Shown: piece by piece, positions 48,967-58,681 of the stretch
Layout: every line of letters starts with the position of its first letter
Numbering within the stretch: position 1 is the first letter of the stretch
The notes under the pieces: model-generated
Told to the model about the DNA's origin: nothing
Seen by the model: only the letters and a program-made list of their open reading frames with translations
Database searches by the model: none
Assembly: GCA_963753345.1 (NCBI GenBank)
Contig: CAVWBU010000027.1
Location: 128,001-192,000 of the forward strand
Direction: 5' to 3'
Source: an uncultured Fibrobacterota bacterium
GTDB lineage: Bacteria; Fibrobacterota; Chitinivibrionia; Chitinivibrionales; FEN-1185
DNA: 64,000 bases
Program-made: the position numbers and the translations under genes

Positions 48967-49812
48967 ATGCCAAACCTCTATGAATTTGTCAACTACCGGC
49001 TGTACCTGCAGGATTTTCTCGCAGAGCACAAGAAAGACGCAGAGCCGGACTATTCCCACAAGATGATCCTTGCCAAAATGGGAATTTCCTCCACCGGTTT
49101 CCTCTCCAACGTCATTGCCGGCAGAAAGAACCTCACGCCGATCCAGATCATAAAACTCGCCAAAATCCTGCGGATGAACAAGGCCGAATCGGCGTATTTC
49201 GAAGCCATGGTGTACTTTACACAGGCGAAACTCATCGACGAAAAGAACGAATATTTCAACCGGCTGGTCACCCTGCAAAAAGTGAACCTCAAGGTTCTTG
49301 ATAAAAAGAAGATGTCCGTTTTCTCCAAATGGTACTATGTCGTGGTGCGGGAACTGCTGTATTTTTACCGCTACAACGGCAGCAATCCTTCGGGTCTGGG
49401 CCACAAAGTGGAGCCGACGATCCGCCACTCCGAGGCGGAACAGGCGGTCCGCTACCTGGAGGAGCTCGGATTGATTGAAAAGGGCGAGAACGGGTACTAT
49501 AAGCAGGTTGAAAACGCGGTAACGTCCGGCGATGAAGTCAGGTCGCTGCACCTTACCAACTTTCAACTCGCCACCATGGAGCTTGCAAAAAGGGCAATTC
49601 AGAAAATCCCGGCCGCCGAGCGCGACGTCTCCGTGCTTACCATGACGTTGTCGCAGGACACCTTTCAGATGGTGAAGTCGGAGCTCCAGCACATCAGAAA
49701 ACGCATCGCGAAAATCGCGGTTGACGAAGACAAGCCGGACAGAGTGTATCAGCTCAACATCCAGTTTTTCCCGGTCACCAAGAAACCGGAAGTGTCATCC
49801 TCCGATGAATAA
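48967..49812 (+). CDS. TIGR02147-family protein
   Basis: NYRLYLQDF, HTH-like GISSTGFLSNVIAGRKNL, KWYYVVVREL, ERDVSVLT, RVYQLNIQFFP. Confidence 0.88.
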   Translation: MPNLYEFVNYRLYLQDFLAEHKKDAEPDYSHKMILAKMGISSTGFLSNVIAGRKNLTPIQIIKLAKILRMNKAESAYFEAMVYFTQAKLIDEKNEYFNRLVTLQKVNLKVLDKKKMSVFSKWYYVVVRELLYFYRYNGSNPSGLGHKVEPTIRHSEAEQAVRYLEELGLIEKGENGYYKQVENAVTSGDEVRSLHLTNFQLATMELAKRAIQKIPAAERDVSVLTMTLSQDTFQMVKSELQHIRKRIAKIAVDEDKPDRVYQLNIQFFPVTKKPEVSSSDE

Positions 49813-51481
49813 GCACCTGCATACCGTTGTGCTGCCGCTTGTCCGCCTGCTGTTCTGCGGGGGAGCGTGCCTGTATTTGGAGTGCACGACCAACCTGGCG
49901 GGAAGCGTCACCGAAGGCGGCAACGTGGAGGTTGCCGGAATCGTGGTCGACGGGGCAGGCAACGCCATTGCCGGGGCCCAAGTTTCGATCCGGCCGAGTG
50001 ATTTTCTGAAAGACACTTCCGGGAAAACGCCGTCGCGAAATGTTTCGGCAAATGCGGTTTCGGACAGCAAGGGGAAGTTCCTCCTCGATTCGATTGACCC
50101 GGGAGAATACTGCATTGCGGCTGCGAGCGGCGATTCGCTGGCCGTCCTGGTGCGGGTGAGCCTCCTCAAGCCGGGCGATACGTCGCTTGCGCCGGCCCGG
50201 CTCATACCTGCTGCAACCATAGAGGGCACGGTAGTCGATCAGAACGGTGTCGCCAATGCAACCTATGTGAGGGCATACGGACTTGACAGGATCGCCAGGG
50301 TCGACAGTGCCACCGGCCGGTTCGCCCTCAGCGTGATTCCGGCAGGAACGTATCAGCTTCGGATCGACGTGTCTTCGCCGTTGTACACTCCCGTCGCCGT
50401 TCCGAATGTCGCATGCGCCAGCGGCGGGAATACGAACCTCGACACAATCGCAATAGCGCCGTTCTACGGAGAGAATTACGCCCTGTGGCCGTATTCCTCA
50501 ACTGTCAAGCTGAATACGACGTCTTCCGGAGCGCAGGTGACGAGCACCATTGCCGGGTTCCCGGTGCTCATCCGCCTGAGGGCACCGGCGTTTGCGTTCG
50601 GGCAATGCCTGCCGGACGGCCGTGATCTGCGTTTTGCCAACAGTAAAGGGGTACATCTTCCTTTCGAGATAGAGCGGTTCGATCCCAACGCCCAGATCGC
50701 GGACGTGTGGGTGCTGGTCGACACGGTCAAGGGGAACGATTCCACCGTTATTTCCTTATACTGGGGCAACGCCAATGCCGTGATGCAGTCGTCTTCGGGA
50801 ACGGTCTTCGACACGGGACTCGGCTACACAGCCGTGTGGCACCTGAACGACAAGGCGCTTAACGACAGGCGTGACGCCACCTTCAACGGCAACAACGCTG
50901 TTCCCGCTCCCGGAACGTATGAGGGCGACGAATGGACCTACGGGCTTATCGGCGGATGTGACAGCCTCGACGACAACGATGACCATCTGGTCGCACCGAG
51001 CATCAACGCCGGGGCGGCCCTGACCGTCAGCATGTGGATCAACATGTATGAATTGACTGCTTCCCACATGCAGTATTTCATCGGAAAAGCCGGTGCAGTC
51101 GCCGGCAGGCCGCCGCTGTATTCCCTTATGTTAAATGAAAGCAATCAACTGGCAATGAATGTGACCGTCAAAGGCAGGCCCGATTCCCTGAGCGGCGGTT
51201 CGCTTTCCATCAATTCGTGGTATTTTGTCGCCGGGACCTACGACGGAACGACGCTCAAGGTGTATGTGAACGGGGCGTTGGCAGGCAGCAAGGCGGTTTC
51301 CGGCCGGATTGACACGAGCAGCACTAATCTCTACATCGGTTACTACGACAGGGATTCCCAAAAGCTGCACGGCAAGATCGATGAAGTCCGTATGTTGAGG
51401 ATATCGGAGAGTGCGGATTGGATCAAACTGTGTTACGAAAACCAGATGCCAAACAGCACGTTTGGTATGTTTGGCAACTGA
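49805..51481 (+). CDS. Exported protein: carboxypeptidase-regulatory-like Ig domains, DUF2341, LamG-like domain
   Basis: Lipoprotein-like LEC..GSVTEGGN; FPVLIRL..DGRDLRF..LPFEIERFD..VWV..LYWGN; AVWHL; WYFVAGTYDG; GKIDEVR..SADWIKLCYENQ. Confidence 0.85.
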   Translation: MNKHLHTVVLPLVRLLFCGGACLYLECTTNLAGSVTEGGNVEVAGIVVDGAGNAIAGAQVSIRPSDFLKDTSGKTPSRNVSANAVSDSKGKFLLDSIDPGEYCIAAASGDSLAVLVRVSLLKPGDTSLAPARLIPAATIEGTVVDQNGVANATYVRAYGLDRIARVDSATGRFALSVIPAGTYQLRIDVSSPLYTPVAVPNVACASGGNTNLDTIAIAPFYGENYALWPYSSTVKLNTTSSGAQVTSTIAGFPVLIRLRAPAFAFGQCLPDGRDLRFANSKGVHLPFEIERFDPNAQIADVWVLVDTVKGNDSTVISLYWGNANAVMQSSSGTVFDTGLGYTAVWHLNDKALNDRRDATFNGNNAVPAPGTYEGDEWTYGLIGGCDSLDDNDDHLVAPSINAGAALTVSMWINMYELTASHMQYFIGKAGAVAGRPPLYSLMLNESNQLAMNVTVKGRPDSLSGGSLSINSWYFVAGTYDGTTLKVYVNGALAGSKAVSGRIDTSSTNLYIGYYDRDSQKLHGKIDEVRMLRISESADWIKLCYENQMPNSTFGMFGN

Positions 51482-51496
51482 CTGTTTGCTCTTTTG

Positions 51497-52150
51497 TTAA
51501 TCCCGCCGTCTCCGCAAGACAAGGATTTCAACGCGCGTTTTTCCCTCATTCACGAATTCCTCCCAAGCAAGCGCGCCCGCAAAACCGGCTGTGCCGGCCG
51601 ATTTCTTGAATAAATCCCACCATTGTCTGCACGGGTCGGCAATCAATGCAAAACCTCCGGGCGCAAGCGCGTCACCAAGAAACCGCAGGACCGGCTCCAC
51701 CCACCGGGCCTCGTATATTATATCCGACGCAATGATGCAATCGAACACGCGCTCAAAACAGGGATGGCGCCAGTCGGTGCATACGACAATGGAGCGCGGG
51801 GCGTGCAAGAGAATGTTGTGCCGGGAAAAACGGCAGGCGTCAAACGAAATATCCATTGCAACGCACCGGACATTGTTGCGACCCAGCAGCGCCGAAACTG
51901 TTCCAAGCCCGCTGCCAAGTTCACCTACGAGTCCGTCTTCGGGCAACGTCTGGCGCCACCTTGCCGCAAGAAAGTTGAACAGGCCGAACGACGCGGGCCA
52001 CTGCTCGGCCCAGTAGGGAAGCATCTTGTCTTTTTCGTATTCTTCGTCGGTCATTGAATCGAGGATGCCTTCGGGGTTGGCAGGCCGCACGAACTGCATT
52101 GCTCCGGCATTGGTGGCCATGGAGAACGCGACATGAGGAACGGGAAGCAT
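51497..52150 (-). CDS. Class I SAM-dependent methyltransferase (Nnt1/METTL21-like)
   Basis: LPYWAEQWPAS, ELGSGLG, DW, IIASDIIYE, ADP. Confidence 0.85.
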   Translation of the reverse strand: MLPVPHVAFSMATNAGAMQFVRPANPEGILDSMTDEEYEKDKMLPYWAEQWPASFGLFNFLAARWRQTLPEDGLVGELGSGLGTVSALLGRNNVRCVAMDISFDACRFSRHNILLHAPRSIVVCTDWRHPCFERVFDCIIASDIIYEARWVEPVLRFLGDALAPGGFALIADPCRQWWDLFKKSAGTAGFAGALAWEEFVNEGKTRVEILVLRRRRD

Positions 52151-52247
52151 GCTGTAAATTTACATTCATGAGACATCACAAAGGCAGCCAGGAATGATGG
52201 GCGCTCCGCGGCAATGCCGCGGCAGGCTGACTGCGACTTGATTTAGG

Positions 52248-52277
52248 TTGACCGAGGATTCTACGAGGCGGTATAAT
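52248..52277 (+). promoter_or_regulatory. Putative sigma70 promoter for the small ORF and tRNA-Leu
   Basis: TTGACC-18 bp-TATAAT. Confidence 0.55.
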
Positions 52278-52308
52278 CAAGAAGTCAGAGATCACTTGAA
52301 GAAAGGAA

Positions 52309-52563
52309 GTGGGTGTGCAGGGTAGAAGCTGCAGACTGTACGACGAAAACCTTGTGCACGCGATCATGGTGTCAACGGGGCTTGCCATTGTCGACTACAT
52401 CAAGCAGTCCAAGAGCGTCAACGCCACGGACATCTACGATTTTGTCGAGCAGAACGCTGAGCACATCATCCGGAACACCCTTGACGATATGAACCGGGCA
52501 TGTCCCGACGGCCCCGAACCGCCGTTCGACGCCCCCGACGACGACATTCCGCCCTCTTTTTGA
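52309..52563 (+). CDS. Small acidic hypothetical protein
   Basis: 84-aa ORF with backbone-like codon use, amphipathic helices and a Pro/Asp tail. Start uncertain. Confidence 0.55.
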   Translation: MGVQGRSCRLYDENLVHAIMVSTGLAIVDYIKQSKSVNATDIYDFVEQNAEHIIRNTLDDMNRACPDGPEPPFDAPDDDIPPSF

Positions 52564-52628
52564 CAGGCGCGACAAACATCACATTGCGACGCACGGCAAG
52601 CATCATTTAAATTACCATACGACATTCG

Positions 52629-52712
52629 GCCGAGGTGGCGAAACTGGTAGACGCAGTGGACTCAAAATCCACCGGGGGCAACCCCATGAGAGTTCGACTC
52701 TCTCCTTCGGCA
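52629..52712 (+). tRNA. tRNA-Leu(CAA)
   Basis: GCCGAGG/CTTCGGC acceptor stem; GTGGA-CTCAAAA-TCCAC anticodon arm; long variable arm; GTTCGA T-loop; no encoded CCA. Confidence 0.96.
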
Positions 52713-52751
52713 ATTATAAATCTCCATACCACTTCAATAGATTTTTACTTA

Positions 52752-52783
52752 TCAACTCCTCAACTTTTCAACTTCTCAACTTC
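52752..52783 (+). repeat. Four tandem octamers TCAACTYY
   Basis: TCAACTCC TCAACTTT TCAACTTC TCAACTTC. Confidence 0.75.
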
Positions 52784-52864
52784 TGCCCACAATATGTTAT
52801 TTTCCACTAGTGCTGTCGCGGCGGCTTTTTTGCATCGAATGGGCGCGCAAGGGAAGGAATATTT

Positions 52865-53788
52865 GTGGGCATTGTCATCGGCAGCTCCGCGGTGGACTGG
52901 AATTCCTTTGTCGGAAGGGAACTCGGCAACGTCACGCTTATCCGGGAACTCGGCCGCGGGGTAATGGGCGTCGTTTTCGTAGGGTACCAGAAGTCGCTCA
53001 GGCGTCAGGTCGCGGTCAAGGTGCTTGCAAAGGCGGCGGATTCCCCGGAACTTTCCAGTGCGCTGTTCCGCGACGAAGGCGAGATGGTCGCGGTGCTCGC
53101 GCACCCGAACATCATTCCGATATTCGAAATGGGAGAGGCCGACAATTGTTTTTTTCAGGTGATGCAGCTGGTCGACGGAACAGACCTTCGCTCCATCATA
53201 CGAAGTTTTGCGCGGCACCCGCTTCCGCGCAAACGGCTCATGTCGCTTTCCGAAGCAATCGGGTACATGGTGCAGATACTTGACGCGCTCCAGTATGCGC
53301 ATGAGGAGGGCGTCATTCACCAGGACATTAAGCCTGCAAATATCCTTGTGGAAAAGCGCAGCAAGCGGCCGCTCGTTGCCGATTTCGGCATTGCGAGGGC
53401 GCTCGCGGGCGAATACAAATCGGAAGGGCTTGTGGTGGGAACGCCGCTGTACATGGCGCCCGAGCAGGTGACCGGCACGGCCACCGACGGAAGGTCGGAT
53501 CTGTATTCGGCAGGAGTCATCCTGTTCGAGATGGCTGCCGGCAGCCTTCCGGTGCGGAACACGGAACGTGCGGAGCAGATACTCCTGCGCAAAAAGACCG
53601 CTCCCGACACGTTCTTTACCGCAAAACCGAGCGAGGTATCTTCGCGGATCGACGCGCGGCTCGAAGGGATAATCCTCAAGGCGACATTGCCGTCAGCCGA
53701 ATGGCGGTACCCTTCGTGTAAGGCGTTTGCCGACGACCTCAGGAAATACGCGGAGGAAAACTTTCTGTCATCCATATCCGACGAGTAA
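52865..53788 (+). CDS. Hanks-type Ser/Thr protein kinase, kinase domain only
   Basis: LGRGVMGVV, VAVK, HPNI, HQDIKPAN, DFG, GTPLYMAPE, SDLYSAG. Confidence 0.93.
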   Translation: MGIVIGSSAVDWNSFVGRELGNVTLIRELGRGVMGVVFVGYQKSLRRQVAVKVLAKAADSPELSSALFRDEGEMVAVLAHPNIIPIFEMGEADNCFFQVMQLVDGTDLRSIIRSFARHPLPRKRLMSLSEAIGYMVQILDALQYAHEEGVIHQDIKPANILVEKRSKRPLVADFGIARALAGEYKSEGLVVGTPLYMAPEQVTGTATDGRSDLYSAGVILFEMAAGSLPVRNTERAEQILLRKKTAPDTFFTAKPSEVSSRIDARLEGIILKATLPSAEWRYPSCKAFADDLRKYAEENFLSSISDE

Positions 53789-53800
53789 GGGAGACGGGGC

Positions 53801-55954
53801 ATGAAGAACGAACCGCATGCCGGCGGAAAGATCGACCAGAAACACGCCCAAACGCTTGCGCGGCTTTTCAACATCGCCTATAATGGCGCGATACTCTACG
53901 GCGGCACCCACCAGACCACCGTCGACGCCGCCGTTCCCTTTCACAGCTTCCTCATGAGGATTGTTTCCGGTGAAACCATGGTTTCCGTTCTTGCGGAGCG
54001 GGAGTCGGTCTTCGTGGAGAATTTTTGCATCGACAAGATCATCAACGTGAGGCGGCTCGTGGTGCATTTCAGGAAGCTCGGCCTTCAGTCGATCACGTTT
54101 TCAAAGGAGGTTTCGGTTGACGGCATACGAGCGCTTCTCGTTGTCCTCAGCGACGCCGAAGCGTATCCCAACGCAACCGCGATGCAGAACCGCCTTGCGT
54201 TGCTCAATGTCAAGGGAATCCGGCTCAATTATGTCGTGTATCGCAAGATGACCACGGACGAAAAGGTGGTCGATAAGAACGCCATCCATACCCTCGCGAC
54301 GCAGCCGCTCGGGCCGACACCCATGGACACCACCATTGTGAAACAAGTGCTCGACGGGCTTTCGGAGGTTGTGTCGGCCCGGCGGATCGTTGACGGGTTG
54401 CCTGCGGTTTCTTCGGCACCGGAGGGCGCCCAAGCGGCCGACCTTTCCACGCTGCTCGAACAGATGCGCGCGATTAATTCGCGCATCAACGATCCTGCCG
54501 CCGCGTCCGGCGACGGGCTGTCCATACAGGAAATGATGGAGTCCATTGTCAAGCTCAGAAGGGACGTGAACGACAAACTCGGCCTGATCCGCAAAACCCA
54601 TGCGCTCAATGAAACGGAGAATTCGGTCGTCAGCGAACTTGACACAATGAGCCATGAGGTGATGCTGCGGCTGCTCTGCGAGGAATACAAGCGCGGCGGC
54701 ATCTCCACCAAGCGTCTCGCGCAGATCACGCGGCGCATGATGCCGGACATCAAGGAGCTCAAGCGCATGCTGCCGCGGCTCAAGGACGCGCTTTTGAAAG
54801 AGGGCATGCCCCAGGCGGACTATCTCCAGTACGTTACCGACATCCTCAAGGACATCGAATCGGACGGGCTGGCCGGCGTATTTGAGGCGGCTGTCAAGGA
54901 CATCGGCGTGTCCATGGAAGAGCTTGTCGAGTCCATCCGCGCCGACCCGGCCGACGCGGCACGGCTCATCGTGCTTGCCTCCGAGATCCGGAAATCCTCG
55001 CGCTCGGACGATTCTCAGCTCTCGTCGCTTCTTACCGACTACATTGAAAGGGCGAGCCAGTCTCTGTCGCTCGAATCAAAGGACGTCGCGACCAAGGAAG
55101 GAATACATCTTCTCAAGTCTGCCATCGGCAGGATTGAAACCGATCTTGTCGAGAAGCTCCGGGGCCAGGGCATTCCCGCGGACGTTCTCGACAAGGCGTC
55201 GGGTCTTCTGCAGACGCGCCTCGATGCAACGGTGAGCGGCGCGAAACAGGAATGGGCATCGCGGTTTGTCTCGTCGCTCAAGGAACTCGGCGAAAACGAG
55301 CTCCTTCAGGTTCTCCGCGAGCTCTTTTCGCAGGAAGGCGGCGCAGATCTGGTGCGCGAGCCGCTTCGGAAGCTTCTCGCGTCGAAAGGCTATTCCGAGG
55401 AGAGCATCGTCCGGCTCATGGAAAAAGCGGCGTCAAAATCCGCGGCCGCTTCCCAGGAGCTTCCGAAGGGAATCCTGAATGTCAATGCTACTCTTTACTT
55501 TCTGGAACGCGAGATAAAACGGCACCAGCGGTACAACACGCCGTTTACGTGTCTCATCCTGACGAACGTGCGGGTCAAATCCAACGGGAACCCTTCGCAT
55601 ATTCCGACTGAAGGGGAGACCAAAGCGATCATGCCGCAGGTGCTCTCGTTCCTGAGGCATGTTTTGCGCGACCTGGACATTGTGGGTTCGCTCGGGCTTG
55701 TTTCGGGAGACGTGCCTTTCGTGGTGCTGCCGCAGACCGGGGATGCAGGGGCCGAAAAGGTCATCGAACGCCTGCAGCGCGATCTGAGCGCCCGGGCATT
55801 CGAAGCGGACGGCGCGCAGGTCAAAGGGTCATTCGCGCTGTCGTATTCTTCTTTTGACAAGACAACGATGACGGGATACCGTTCTTTTCTCGAGTTTGCG
55901 CTGGGGCGTCACCGGAAGGTGGAAAGCGGTATTACCTCGGCGCAGTCTTCCTGA
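53801..55954 (+). CDS. Large helical protein with degenerate GGDEF-like C-terminal domain
   Basis: N-terminal LYGGTH segment like HD-GYP/HEAT-associated N-domains; C-terminal FLEREIKRHQRYNTPFTCL...LRDLDIVG...FVVLPQT..GA..VIERL, without GGDEF. Confidence 0.7.
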   Translation: MKNEPHAGGKIDQKHAQTLARLFNIAYNGAILYGGTHQTTVDAAVPFHSFLMRIVSGETMVSVLAERESVFVENFCIDKIINVRRLVVHFRKLGLQSITFSKEVSVDGIRALLVVLSDAEAYPNATAMQNRLALLNVKGIRLNYVVYRKMTTDEKVVDKNAIHTLATQPLGPTPMDTTIVKQVLDGLSEVVSARRIVDGLPAVSSAPEGAQAADLSTLLEQMRAINSRINDPAAASGDGLSIQEMMESIVKLRRDVNDKLGLIRKTHALNETENSVVSELDTMSHEVMLRLLCEEYKRGGISTKRLAQITRRMMPDIKELKRMLPRLKDALLKEGMPQADYLQYVTDILKDIESDGLAGVFEAAVKDIGVSMEELVESIRADPADAARLIVLASEIRKSSRSDDSQLSSLLTDYIERASQSLSLESKDVATKEGIHLLKSAIGRIETDLVEKLRGQGIPADVLDKASGLLQTRLDATVSGAKQEWASRFVSSLKELGENELLQVLRELFSQEGGADLVREPLRKLLASKGYSEESIVRLMEKAASKSAAASQELPKGILNVNATLYFLEREIKRHQRYNTPFTCLILTNVRVKSNGNPSHIPTEGETKAIMPQVLSFLRHVLRDLDIVGSLGLVSGDVPFVVLPQTGDAGAEKVIERLQRDLSARAFEADGAQVKGSFALSYSSFDKTTMTGYRSFLEFALGRHRKVESGITSAQSS

Positions 55955-55985
55955 CAAGCATCTGTAATCTTGCAAAAAAAAAGAA

Positions 55986-56076
55986 CGGAGGGGAGAGGAT
56001 TTGAACCTCCGGTAGCGGTATTATCCACTACGACGGTTTAGCAAACCGTTGCCTTCAGCCACTCGGCCACCCCTCC
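55986..56076 (-). tRNA. tRNA-Ser(GCT)
   Basis: Minus strand GGAGGGG/CCCCTCC acceptor stem; ACGGT-TTGCTAA-ACCGT anticodon arm; long variable arm; GGTTCAAATCC; G discriminator. Confidence 0.96.
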
Positions 56077-56078
56077 AA
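56038..56078. repeat. att-like direct repeat, left copy (within the intact tRNA-Ser)
   Basis: TTAGCAAACCGTTGCCTTCAGCCACTCGGCCACCCCTCCAA, identical to 63643-63683. Confidence 0.92.
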
Positions 56079-56159
56079 CAATCTTATAACTTATTGGAGT
56101 TAATTAAGTTGCGAATTTTTCTTAAACTTACTTATTGGGCTTACTAAAATGCTTTTACT

Positions 56160-56193
56160 AAAAATATCGTCAGTAAATACTGACGATATTTTT
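56160..56193. terminator. Perfect 16-bp inverted repeat (bidirectional terminator or protein-binding site)
   Basis: AAAAATATCGTCAGTA-AA-TACTGACGATATTTTT. Confidence 0.6.
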
Positions 56194-56524
56194 CATTCGT
56201 AAAAAATATATAAAAGGGGATGGCAATGGGAAGAAAAAGTGAGCCATCTTGTTTAGATTCTGCAAACGGCAATATTTTTTTTGCAATGACATGATGTTAG
56301 TGACCTCTGCACGTCAGTGAAAAATGGATAGCTTCGTCTTAAGTATTGAAAATAGACCGCTCAAGTAATAGAATATTACATATACCACCAGATTCTCTCC
56401 TGTTGAGTTCCACAACAGTGCGGTGCTTGCATAGCATTCCGATAAGGAAAAGTCACAGGACGTATGTTTGCACGGGCTGTGGCCTTCAAAGCAGCGGCAA
56501 AAAACAGGAAATGAATTAACAAAT

Positions 56525-58681
56525 ATGACTGATTTCCACGGCAAACAAAAACAAGAAAAACCTATAGTGAACAGCGTGAGAGACGGCCTGCAACGTCAAA
56601 TGTCTTTCCGGTGGACAACACACCCCGTTTTATTCGCAGTGCTTTTATTCCTTGCTGGCGGCAGCTTGAGCTTCTGGATTGCCGTTCTGCAGCGCAATGC
56701 TGATATCAACTATAAACGCGATCAGGTCACCCTGGAGATTGATCATATCCGTAATGACCTCAGCCGCGAACTCTATGCGACCATCAACCTGACGCAGGGA
56801 CTTGTCGCCCTGGTGCGCATGCAAGGTGGCATACGGCAGGACCAATTTGAAGCAATGGCGCGCGAACTTAAGGATCGTAGCACGCTTATACGGAATGTAG
56901 CTCTTGCACCGGGAAATGTAATTCGATTTATGTATCCTCTTGCGGGAAATGAAAAAGCCATAGGCCTGGATTATCTGAAGACGTCGGACCAGGCAGGTAC
57001 GGTCCTGCGGGCCATTGAAGAAAATCGCATAGTTGTTGCCGGGCCAGTACGCCTTATTCAAGGTGGGGTCGGTATCATAGGCCGTACGCCGATTTTCCTG
57101 AGGGACTCGATTAATAGCGGAAAGTCGCAGCGCTATTGGGGAATTGCGGCGACCGTCATTAGTTTCGATTCGCTTGTCCATATGGCTGGAATCGAGACGG
57201 CCAGCGCAAATCTGTATATCGCGCTTCGTGGAGCAGATGGTACCGGGGCCCGCGGCAATGTTTTCTGGGGCGACAGTGGTGTCTTTGCTTCCGGTCCCGT
57301 GTTGATGGAAATCGCTTTACCTTCGGGAAGTTGGCAACTGGCCGCGGTACCGCGCGGTGGATGGCCTGCATTCAAACCTCTCGCTTCGGCATCGTTTCTC
57401 GCGGGATTTCTTATATCATTATTTTTCTCGATGCTGCTCTTTGAAACATTGCGTATCAGTCAATTCCGCGCATTCGAGATTGCCGAGCGGAAAAAGATCG
57501 AAGAAACCCTGCGCGAGCGCGAACGGCAGATTTCCATGATCTACGATACGGTCGGGGACAGCATATTCAATCTCAAAATAGAAAAGGATGGGAGTTACTG
57601 TTTTTCATCTGTCAATCAGTGTTTCCTTTCGACCACCGGGCTGCAAGCCGTTCAAATAGTCGGAAAACGGGTGCAGGATATTATTCCCGAGCCATCGCTG
57701 TCGCTGGTGTTGGAAAAATATTCGGAGGCAATCCGGGAGAGGAAGATCGTGCGATGGGAGGAGGTCTCGCAATATCCCACGGGACGGTTGATCGGGGAAG
57801 TGAGTATCGCCCCGATATTTGACGGGTCCAATACCTGCGTCGGCCTGGTTGGATCGGTTCACGATATCACAAAGCGAAAAAACGATGAAGACGAAATTCG
57901 AAAACTTAATTCCGAGCTTGAACAGCGCGTAGCCGAACGCACCGCAGAGCTGGTTGTGGCCAGGGACCGCGCAGAATCGGCCGACCGTGTGAAGTCCGCT
58001 TTTTTGGCCACCATGTCCCACGAACTGCGTACGCCGCTCAACTCCATCATCGGCTTTACCGGTCTCATCCTGCAAGGCCTGGCCGGGCCCTTGAACGCGG
58101 AACAAACCAAACAGCTCTTGATGGTGCAGAACAGCGGACAACACTTGCTTTCCCTCATTAATGATGTGCTGGACATTTCCAAGATCGAAGCAAGCCGAAT
58201 AGATATCGCCGACAAACCGTTTGATCTGTCCGGCTCCATCCAAAAAGTCATCAAAACCGTGAAACCCCTGGCCGACAAGAAAAACTTGCCTCTGGCAGCG
58301 CAGGTGGCGGTTGACGTAGGCGAAATTTCCGGCGATTGCAGGCGGGTTGAGCAAATCCTGTTGAATCTACTGAGCAATGCCATCAAATTCACCGAGAAAG
58401 GTGAAGTGCGTGTAGAGTGTTCTCTGGACAGGGGATTTGCTAAGATCCGTGTTGCCGACACCGGTCCCGGCATTAGGCCTGAGGATCTTGATAAATTGTT
58501 TCAACCTTTCCGCCAGCTTGACACCGGCCTGATGCGTCAGCACGAGGGAACAGGGCTGGGCTTGGCCATCTGCAAGCGGCTGGTCGAGCTGATGGGCGGC
58601 GCAATTACTGTTGAGAGCGAGTGGGGCAAAGGAAGCGCGTTCGAATTCACGCTACCCGTTCATCAGGAAAAGGGATCATGA
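56525..58681 (+). CDS. CHASE-PAS sensor histidine kinase
   Basis: TM; CHASE (YPLAGNEKAIGLD, AGPVRLIQGG..IIGRTPIF, YWG); TM; PAS; MSHELRTPLN; NAIKFT; DTGPGI; GTGLGL. Start 56525 or 56600. Confidence 0.92.
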   Translation: MTDFHGKQKQEKPIVNSVRDGLQRQMSFRWTTHPVLFAVLLFLAGGSLSFWIAVLQRNADINYKRDQVTLEIDHIRNDLSRELYATINLTQGLVALVRMQGGIRQDQFEAMARELKDRSTLIRNVALAPGNVIRFMYPLAGNEKAIGLDYLKTSDQAGTVLRAIEENRIVVAGPVRLIQGGVGIIGRTPIFLRDSINSGKSQRYWGIAATVISFDSLVHMAGIETASANLYIALRGADGTGARGNVFWGDSGVFASGPVLMEIALPSGSWQLAAVPRGGWPAFKPLASASFLAGFLISLFFSMLLFETLRISQFRAFEIAERKKIEETLRERERQISMIYDTVGDSIFNLKIEKDGSYCFSSVNQCFLSTTGLQAVQIVGKRVQDIIPEPSLSLVLEKYSEAIRERKIVRWEEVSQYPTGRLIGEVSIAPIFDGSNTCVGLVGSVHDITKRKNDEDEIRKLNSELEQRVAERTAELVVARDRAESADRVKSAFLATMSHELRTPLNSIIGFTGLILQGLAGPLNAEQTKQLLMVQNSGQHLLSLINDVLDISKIEASRIDIADKPFDLSGSIQKVIKTVKPLADKKNLPLAAQVAVDVGEISGDCRRVEQILLNLLSNAIKFTEKGEVRVECSLDRGFAKIRVADTGPGIRPEDLDKLFQPFRQLDTGLMRQHEGTGLGLAICKRLVELMGGAITVESEWGKGSAFEFTLPVHQEKGS

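Noticed and set aside
52635-52964. 109-aa ORF
   Set aside because: Reads through tRNA-Leu.
52629-55986. Second island integrated at tRNA-Leu
   Set aside because: No duplicated tRNA-Leu fragment found, and the two genes look backbone-like in composition.
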